A DNA stretch of 64,000 nucleotides from Smithellaceae bacterium (GTDB lineage Bacteria; Desulfobacterota; Syntrophia; Syntrophales; Smithellaceae): assembly GCA_049514435.1 (NCBI GenBank), contig JBEKVB010000003.1, forward strand, positions 72,131 through 136,130, in the 5' to 3' direction. Position numbers and translations under genes: made by a program. Every line of letters starts with the position of its first letter. Position 1 is the first letter of the stretch. The notes beneath the pieces are model-generated. The model searched no databases. It saw only the letters and a program-made list of their open reading frames with translations, and was not told the origin of the DNA. This document shows positions 57,803 through 64,000 of the stretch, in pieces.

Positions 57803-58384
57803 CTATTTTTTAAAAGAACCTTCCATGGCGATTTCGGAAACATTCTTTCTTGCCGAAGGAAATTCACGTTCCTGTAAGTACTGAGGCAAATCTTCTTTCT
57901 TTCCTTTTTTACCCACGGCAATCATTGCTTCCACTTGATAGCCATCGGGAATATGCAAAACTTCCTTTGCCTTGTCGTAATCAAAGCCTTGCATACCGTG
58001 CACGACCAGCCCCAGCAGCGATCCTCGCAGTGCAAAATTTTCCCAGGCGGCGCCGGCATCATAGGAGTGCGTCCGCGCATTTTTACCGTTATCAAATGTT
58101 GTTTTGGAAATAACAACTATCAGCACCGCGGCATTTTTAGCCCATCCTTGATTGCCCTCGGCCAGCAGATTGAAGATAGTTGTCCAGTTTTTTGTATTGC
58201 GGCGGCCGTAAATAAATCGCCAGGGCTGATTATTGTTGGAGGAAGGCGCCCACTTCGCCGCCTCAAAAAGAGAAAATAAGGTGGCCTCGTCAATTTCTTC
58301 ACCGGACATCGCGCGCGGCGACCACCGGTTTAAAAATAGTTCATCGACATTATGTTCTGGTTTTCTAAAATCTTTAATATTCAT
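57803..58384 (-). CDS. nitroreductase-family protein
   Basis: RWSPRAM, NNQPWRFIY, 193 aa. Confidence 0.85.
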   Translation of the reverse strand: MNIKDFRKPEHNVDELFLNRWSPRAMSGEEIDEATLFSLFEAAKWAPSSNNNQPWRFIYGRRNTKNWTTIFNLLAEGNQGWAKNAAVLIVVISKTTFDNGKNARTHSYDAGAAWENFALRGSLLGLVVHGMQGFDYDKAKEVLHIPDGYQVEAMIAVGKKGKKEDLPQYLQEREFPSARKNVSEIAMEGSFKK

Positions 58385-58402
58385 AAAGCACCTCCTGCTT
58401 AA

Positions 58403-60130
58403 TTATTGTTTGTTTAGCAAATAAGCTTTCATCCCCTTAAGATTCAGACAATTAAGGCAATCGCCCTTTTCCAGCCATCCTTTACGGGCTATCTTAATTC
58501 CAAAACTAATATCTTGCAATCCCGCTGTCTGATGAGCGTCGGGATTGATGGCAATCTTTACGCCTTTCTTTTTAGCGTGAATGCAGTTGCGCCAATCCAA
58601 ATCCAGACGGTGCGGATTGGCATTGAGCTCGAGGGCCTTGCCGAACTCGGCCGCTGCATCGATAATTTCCATAATGTTTAGCGCGTAAGGTTCCCGCGAT
58701 AAAAGCAGTCTGCCGGTCGGATGGGCGAGCATCGTGGTATAATTATTCTGTAGAGCTTTCTTAATGCGGCCGGTCATCTCGGTCGCGGACATATTGAAAT
58801 TGGAATGAACCGCTGCAATCACAAAATCAAAGCGCGCCAGAATTCCTTCATCATAATCCAAACTGCCGTCAGGTAAAATATCCGCTTCCGTTCCTTTAAA
58901 TATATAAAAAGGCGCGTGCTTATCGTTGAGCTTATCAATAAGCTCATGCTGCCTTTGAATATCCTCCGCTTTCAAGCCTCCAGCGTAATACGCAGAGCGG
59001 CTGTGATCGCTGATACCGATATATTTTAATCCCATTTTTTTTGCCGCCAGTACTATGCTTTCCAGTGTATCCGTTCCGTCACTAAAGTTAGTATGAATAT
59101 GAAAAAGCCCCTGCACGTCTTTTTCTTCGACAAGTTTTGGCAATGTGTCTTTTTCGGCCGCTTCAATCTCGCCCATATTTTCCCGCAATTCCGGTTCAAT
59201 AAATTGCAGATTCAGCGCGGAAAATATATCTTCTTCACTGCGGCATAAAATGTTTTTTTCTCCGCGGAAAAGCCCATATTCATTCATTTTGATGCCCCTG
59301 TCCTTCGCTCTGCCCCGCATGGCGGTGTTATGCTCTTTGCTGCCCGTAAAATGATGCAGGGCATAAGGAAATTCATCTTTCGTGACAATGCGTAAATCGG
59401 CATTGACTCCTGATTTTAAATTTACACTGACCTTTGTTTCACCGCTGGCGATAACAGAGGCAACCTCATCAAGGTTGGCGAAAGCTTGCGCTAGCTTTTC
59501 GGGATTGGACGAACTGGCCAGAATGTCAATGTCCTTGACAGTTTCGTTGCCGCGGCGCAATGAACCGCCGATACTGATGGCAGAAATATTCTTATATTCC
59601 TGCAGAGACTTAAGCAGCGCTTCAGCCTGGCCTTCGACTTCCGCGTAAAGCCTTCTTTCTTTGTAAACCTTCAGCTTTTCAATGCCTGCTAAAATATTTT
59701 CTTGCGACTTTTTGCCGAAACCTTTGAGTTCAACAAGGCGGTTTTCATGGCAGGCATATTCCAGTTCGCCGATAGTTTTTATTCCCAATTGTTCATAAAG
59801 GGCGTGTATTTTTTTTGGGCCTAAGCCGCTTATTTTTAACATTTCCAGATGACCGGAAGGGACAGATGATTTGAGTTTTTCGTAATATTCCAATTTCCCT
59901 GTAGTCATCAGCTCTACAATTTTTTTGCCGATAGCCTCGCCTACGCCTTCGATTTCATAAATTTTCCCCTGCTGCACCACTTCATTAAGATCAGATTCTA
60001 CTTTTTCCAGATTGCGGGCGGCATTCATATAGGCACGGGATTTAAAGGGATTTTCTCCGGTCAATTCCAAAAGAACCGCTATATCTTCAAGAATTTTGAT
60101 GATTGTTTCTTTGGTGACCATTTTTTTCAC
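58403..60130 (-). CDS. polX: DNA polymerase X family protein with C-terminal PHP phosphoesterase domain
   Basis: N-terminal HhH motifs (GVGEAIGKKI, GLGPKK). Nucleotidyltransferase core GSLRRGNETVKDIDIL. PHP motifs HIHTNFSDG and SDHS. 575 aa. Confidence 0.9.
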   Translation of the reverse strand: MKKMVTKETIIKILEDIAVLLELTGENPFKSRAYMNAARNLEKVESDLNEVVQQGKIYEIEGVGEAIGKKIVELMTTGKLEYYEKLKSSVPSGHLEMLKISGLGPKKIHALYEQLGIKTIGELEYACHENRLVELKGFGKKSQENILAGIEKLKVYKERRLYAEVEGQAEALLKSLQEYKNISAISIGGSLRRGNETVKDIDILASSSNPEKLAQAFANLDEVASVIASGETKVSVNLKSGVNADLRIVTKDEFPYALHHFTGSKEHNTAMRGRAKDRGIKMNEYGLFRGEKNILCRSEEDIFSALNLQFIEPELRENMGEIEAAEKDTLPKLVEEKDVQGLFHIHTNFSDGTDTLESIVLAAKKMGLKYIGISDHSRSAYYAGGLKAEDIQRQHELIDKLNDKHAPFYIFKGTEADILPDGSLDYDEGILARFDFVIAAVHSNFNMSATEMTGRIKKALQNNYTTMLAHPTGRLLLSREPYALNIMEIIDAAAEFGKALELNANPHRLDLDWRNCIHAKKKGVKIAINPDAHQTAGLQDISFGIKIARKGWLEKGDCLNCLNLKGMKAYLLNKQ

Positions 60131-60221
60131 AAATATTTAACCTGTTATCTTATCTTTTATATATCCCCAAAGTATTTCGATAAAAGCTAATTCTCTTGTG
60201 ATATTTTTGTTGAGGCATTAC

Positions 60222-60250
60222 TTGACATTCTACATTGAACAATATATAAG
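60222..60250 (+). promoter_or_regulatory. sigma-70-type promoter for tRNA-Glu
   Basis: TTGACA (60222-60227), 17 nt spacer, TATAAG (60245-60250). 33 nt upstream of the tRNA 5' end. Confidence 0.55.
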
Positions 60251-60282
60251 GCGCGCACCTTACATAAAAATTATTTCCCGAC

Positions 60283-60358
60283 GTCCCCATCGTCTAGAGG
60301 CCTAGGACACGGGCCTTTCACGCCTGTAACTGGGGTTCGACTCCCCATGGGGACGCCA
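60283..60358 (+). tRNA. tRNA-Glu (anticodon UUC), CCA encoded
   Basis: Acceptor stem GTCCCCA/TGGGGAC, anticodon loop CTTTCAC, T-arm GGGGTTCGACTCCCC, 3' GCCA. Confidence 0.95.
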
Positions 60359-60370
60359 ATACTTAAAAAA

Positions 60371-60400
60371 GGGCAAACTGCATTCGGTTTGCCCTTTTTT
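60371..60400. terminator. bidirectional intrinsic terminator
   Basis: GGGCAAAC-TGCATTC-GGTTTGCCC hairpin flanked by AAAAAA and TTTTTT. Sits between the tRNA and a convergent CDS. Confidence 0.8.
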
Positions 60401-60413
60401 GTTTACCTGAAGC

Positions 60414-61298
60414 TTATTTTCCTTTTTTCTTAGTTGTGCTCTTTTTCGGCTTTGTTTTGGCCTCCGCGATCGGTTTCTTTTTTGATTTTTTATCAGTGAT
60501 GGCTGCCGTCTTTGTTTTAGGCTTTGGTTTAGGTTTTGGTTCGTCCTTTGCCTTTGGTGTTTTTGGTTTTGGCTTTGCTTTTGGTGCCTCGGCCTTTGGC
60601 TGTTTCTCAGGTTTTAGTGCGATTTTTGCCTCCGGCGCCTTTGCCTTTGGTTTTGGTGCTGGCGGCGCAGGTTCCGGCTCTGGGGCTAAAGGTAGTTTCT
60701 CGGGCTTCGGCTCAGCTGGTATGGGCTTCGGTACCGGAGTAGGTTCCGGCTCTGGAACCAATGGCAGTTTCTCCGGCTCAGGTTCAACTTGCAGGGGCCT
60801 TGGTGCCGGCTCTGGAGGTGGGGCTACTGGTTTTTTCTCCGGCTTAAACTTAGTCATTTCTGGTGGTACCTTTTCTACTGGTACCGGCGGCGGCTCAGGT
60901 TTGGGCACAGGTCTTGGTTTAGGTTCACGTACCGGGGATATTGGCTGTTTCGGGGGCTTCGGTTCAGCCTCAGCAGAAACAGGCTTGGGTTCGGGTGCCG
61001 GTTTGGGCACAGCCTTCGGTTTTTTCTCTTTTTTCTTTGGTTCGGCTAACTTTTGCGCTTTTGCCTGCGCTAATTCCTGGACGCGTTGAACAAATTTCTC
61101 CAGCGCGGCAATTCTTATATTGGTTTGTCTGATTTTTGCCTTAAGATTTTTAACAAGGGGGTCGCTCTGCGCTTTTTCTTTGCTGATCCCCTTTTGGGCT
61201 AATTTCTGCAATCGTAAATCCAGTTTTTTCTCTAGGATCCGGCGCTGTTCAATTCTCACATTTTTACTTTTCGACGGCATTTTTTCCTCCACATGCAT
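60414..61298 (-). CDS. Pro/Lys/Glu-rich low-complexity protein with N-terminal coiled coil
   Basis: 294 aa. About 200 aa of PEPKP/KPKPK repeats and no TM helix. The antisense 217-aa ORF is a shadow. Confidence 0.6.
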   Translation of the reverse strand: MHVEEKMPSKSKNVRIEQRRILEKKLDLRLQKLAQKGISKEKAQSDPLVKNLKAKIRQTNIRIAALEKFVQRVQELAQAKAQKLAEPKKKEKKPKAVPKPAPEPKPVSAEAEPKPPKQPISPVREPKPRPVPKPEPPPVPVEKVPPEMTKFKPEKKPVAPPPEPAPRPLQVEPEPEKLPLVPEPEPTPVPKPIPAEPKPEKLPLAPEPEPAPPAPKPKAKAPEAKIALKPEKQPKAEAPKAKPKPKTPKAKDEPKPKPKPKTKTAAITDKKSKKKPIAEAKTKPKKSTTKKKGK

Positions 61299-61439
61299 TT
61301 TAAAATAGTTTACTGATTAATATAAGCTAACAATATTTTTCACCGAAATCTACAAAAATATTTTTACTGTTTACTCGATGTTAGTTTTTCCTAATTATTT
61401 TCCCGGCACCAACTTACCGCCTAAGCTACCATCTTTTGT

Positions 61440-62603
61440 TCATCTTGTCGCCAATAAACCGATTACTTCAATATGCTCGGTTTGTGGAAACATGTCCACA
61501 GGTAAAAGGCTAAGCAGGGCATAACCATGCTCATCTAAATATTTAACGTCCCGCGCCTGCGTCGCCGGATTGCAGGAAACATAAATAATCCTTTGCGGCT
61601 TTAAATCCGTAATTGTCTTCAATACTGATTCGCTACAGCCGCTGCGGGGCGGATCAAGCACAAGCAAATTGCTTTCTCTTTTTGAAGATAAAAATTACCC
61701 CGGCAAAACATTTTCGACTTTTCCCTGGATAAACCTAACGTTCTTCACATCCGCGTTTTCGGCATTTATTTGCGCATATTTTACCGATTTTTCGCTTATT
61801 TCAATACCGACAATACTTTGGGCATAAGGCGCCAGAAAAATCGAAAAAAGACCGCTGCCGCAATAGGCATCAATTAAAATATTTATTTCTTTAGACATTG
61901 CCAGACGGCAAACCTCATCCACCAATTGATCTGTCAAATACAGATTTGCCTGAAAAAATCCTCCTCGATGCACTAAAAACGTTTTCCCCCTAACCACCCT
62001 GGTGACTGTACCTTTCTGATCGGCAAGAAGACCTGACCAAATTGTTAAACGAGCATCATTATTGCGCAACTGTTGTTTATTTAGCCGCAATATACGCAAT
62101 TTGTCATTTATTGTTTCTTCCATAATTTCACAGCGCTCAATATCCACAATTTCCCCGCCGGAAACATCTAAGAAACCGATTTTACAGCCGCTAGATGTTA
62201 TCAAGGAATGAAGCTCGGCCTTTCCCCGATAATTATAAACGTTTGAGGCAGCTATGGTCTTCCCAATGGATGGAGTCACAATTTTGCCGATTTTTCGGAA
62301 TACTTCTTCTACCTGCTTTTTTTTAATTTCCAGTTGGTATTCATAATTTAAGTGCTGGTAGCAACAACCGCCGCAGTTTTCATAATAGCAGCACAAAGGG
62401 CTTATTCGCACCGGTGACGGTTTGACTATCTGCAATATTTTACCGCGGGCAAATTTCTTTTTGAGCTGAACAATTTCAACTTCCAGTTCATCTTCCGGAG
62501 CGGCAAAGGGAACGAATACCACAAAATTGTCGACGCGTCCGACTCCTTCCCCGCCAAATGCTACTGATTCGATTTTTATAACAATGCGGTCTTTGAGCTG
62601 CAT
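61440..62603 (-). pseudogene. 23S rRNA (uracil-5-)-methyltransferase RumA/RlmD family, interrupted by an in-frame TAA (61695-61697)
   Basis: N-terminal TRAM domain, Fe-S Cys cluster (CCYYENCGGCCYQH) and SAM motif DAYCGSG in ORF 61695..62603. The C-terminal VLDPPRSGC...VSCNPATQARD lies in the same frame after a single TAA. Confidence 0.75.
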
Positions 62604-62762
62604 AACTCTCCAGTTTAGACTTTTACAAAACTTTCCTGTTCAGCGGGAGCATATAGTATATGAGAAATAATAGTCAATACGAGCAGTATTTTCTTTACAA
62701 CTTGGATTAATGTTGTTAATTAAATCCGCAACTAAAATTATAATGGATTAATAGGAATTAAT

Positions 62763-63614
62763 ATGTCCTCGAAAAGAAAATCTATCCTCTGCCCCAACTG
62801 CCGCAAGCTTATCAGCTCTGACGAGCCTTCCTGCCCTTATTGCGGACTTTTACGCCCGGGTTTGCACAATACTGCAGGAATTATCAGAAATATTTTCTTC
62901 GCTTTCAACCCGGTAATGACCATTATCTACATCAACATCGCTTTTTATATTCTGGCCTTGCTTTTAAATCCACAGGGAATGTTTTCCGGCGGCAGCCCTT
63001 TTACTTTTCTCTCTCCTTCGGGTCAAAGCCTTTTTCTATTGGGAGCAACCGGAACAGTGCCCGTATTTGAATTTCACCGCTTTTGGACTTTAATTTCCGC
63101 TTCATTTCTGCACGGAGGAATTTTGCATATTGCTTTTAATATGATGGCTTTATACCAATTGGGACCTTTCACCCTACAGATATTCGGATTTCACCGTTTC
63201 TTGATCATATATATTCTGTCTGGAATTGCTGGTTTTGCCGCCTCATTGCTGTTTGGTATTGCCTTCACCATCGGCGCGTCGGCTAGTATCTGCGGATTAA
63301 TCGGCGCAATTTTATATTATGGAAAAAGCCGCGGCGGTTATTACGGAGAGATTATATATAAACAAGCCCTAGGCTGGATTATCGGATTAATAGTCTTCGG
63401 AATTATAGTCAGCGGCATAAATAACTGGGCTCATGGCGGCGGACTGCTCTCGGGGATACTTTTTGCTTTTCTGATGGGGTATAATGAAAAAAAACAGGAA
63501 ACGGCAGGACATAAACTTTTGGCCTATGCCTGTATCTTAATTACGGCCGGTATTTTAATCTGGTCGGCTGTTTATTCCCTAATTTATGTTATCGCGCCTT
63601 CAATGCGTTCATAA
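62763..63614 (+). CDS. rhomboid-family intramembrane serine protease with N-terminal zinc ribbon
   Basis: CPNCRK...CPYCG ribbon. Rhomboid motifs FLHGGILHIAFNM, catalytic GASASICGLIGA and AHGGGLLSG. Confidence 0.88.
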   Translation: MSSKRKSILCPNCRKLISSDEPSCPYCGLLRPGLHNTAGIIRNIFFAFNPVMTIIYINIAFYILALLLNPQGMFSGGSPFTFLSPSGQSLFLLGATGTVPVFEFHRFWTLISASFLHGGILHIAFNMMALYQLGPFTLQIFGFHRFLIIYILSGIAGFAASLLFGIAFTIGASASICGLIGAILYYGKSRGGYYGEIIYKQALGWIIGLIVFGIIVSGINNWAHGGGLLSGILFAFLMGYNEKKQETAGHKLLAYACILITAGILIWSAVYSLIYVIAPSMRS

Positions 63615-63617
63615 TTC

Positions 63618-64000
63618 ATGACAGAAAAACCCAAAGAAGAAAACAAAAGATCTATTAGAGCATTTGCCTGGGCTTCTTTCTTGAATGATTTTGGTTCGGA
63701 TATGATCTATCCGGTTTGGCCATTGTTTGTAACTTCCGTTATGGGAGCAAATATGGCCATGCTGGGATTGATTGACGGATTGGGTGAAACTTTCGTTTCC
63801 ATCTCTAAAGCTGTATCCGGCTATATTTCCGACAGAATCAGAAAGAGGAAATTTTTTATATGGTCTGGTTATATTTTGGGTTCAATATCGCGATTTGGTT
63901 ATGCGCTCGCCCCTAACTGGCAGTGGCTGATCCCCCTTAAAATATTAGACCGCTCCGGAAAAATCCGCTCCGCCCCCCGTGATGCGCTCGTTGCCGACAT
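63618..64000 (+). CDS. MFS-type transporter, 5' partial (runs off the window)
   Basis: ATG at 63618. FAWASFLNDFGSDMIYPVWPLF and D-R-x-G-K-x-R-like motif LDRSGKIRSAP. Open to position 64000. Confidence 0.7.
   Translation, partial: MTEKPKEENKRSIRAFAWASFLNDFGSDMIYPVWPLFVTSVMGANMAMLGLIDGLGETFVSISKAVSGYISDRIRKRKFFIWSGYILGSISRFGYALAPNWQWLIPLKILDRSGKIRSAPRDALVAD

Noticed and set aside
60436-61089. A 217-aa Gly/Phe/Ser-rich plus-strand ORF.
   Set aside because: It is the antisense reading of the PEPKP repeat gene. The minus-strand ORF is longer and has a structured N-terminus.

Overview
This is a bacterial chromosomal window with an AT-rich backbone and several visibly GC-rich inserts. I call about 60 protein genes and one tRNA-Glu(UUC). 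I found no rRNA, bona fide CRISPR array, cas gene, transposase or integrase.

Layout:
- 1-21.5 kb is mostly regulatory and housekeeping: a histidine kinase with a sigma-54 response regulator, QueG, 3-hydroxyacyl-CoA dehydrogenase, an ACR3 arsenite pump, acyl-CoA synthetase and FabG.
- 21.6-47.9 kb is a heavily rearranged accessory mosaic. It holds an HD/AbfD/flavodoxin operon, a polyamine module (ODC plus homospermidine synthase), a same-strand cassette-like gene array, PerR-KatG, PAC2, a HEPN/HTH cluster, a sirtuin and HigBA.
- 48-64 kb carries MgtA, a PAS sigma-54 activator with a sigma-54-type target operon of two secreted hydrolases, a nitroreductase, PolX, tRNA-Glu, a disrupted RumA-type methyltransferase, a rhomboid protease and a partial MFS gene.

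Most interesting observations:
1. 42.3-45.9 kb is a compact minus-strand locus. It has two Swt1-like HEPN (R-x4-H) proteins embedded in five paralogous ~75-aa HTH genes plus three winged-HTH modules. It is a candidate undescribed toxin-antitoxin or defence-type system.
2. 28.3-36.0 kb has seven unrelated minus-strand gene units separated by one conserved composite repeat. The repeat has GATTAC-N3-TTGAAA direct repeats spaced 115-117 bp around a conserved ~30-nt core. It looks integron-like, but no integrase or attC symmetry is visible.
3. A promoter/leader module is copied three times. Two copies are followed by modular hairpin arrays whose indels preserve the stems.
4. An OsmC-family gene has an in-frame UGA at the peroxidatic Cys position, followed by a SECIS-like hairpin.
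5. Two other genes carry single in-frame stop codons.

All functional calls come from motif recognition by eye. No database search was run.
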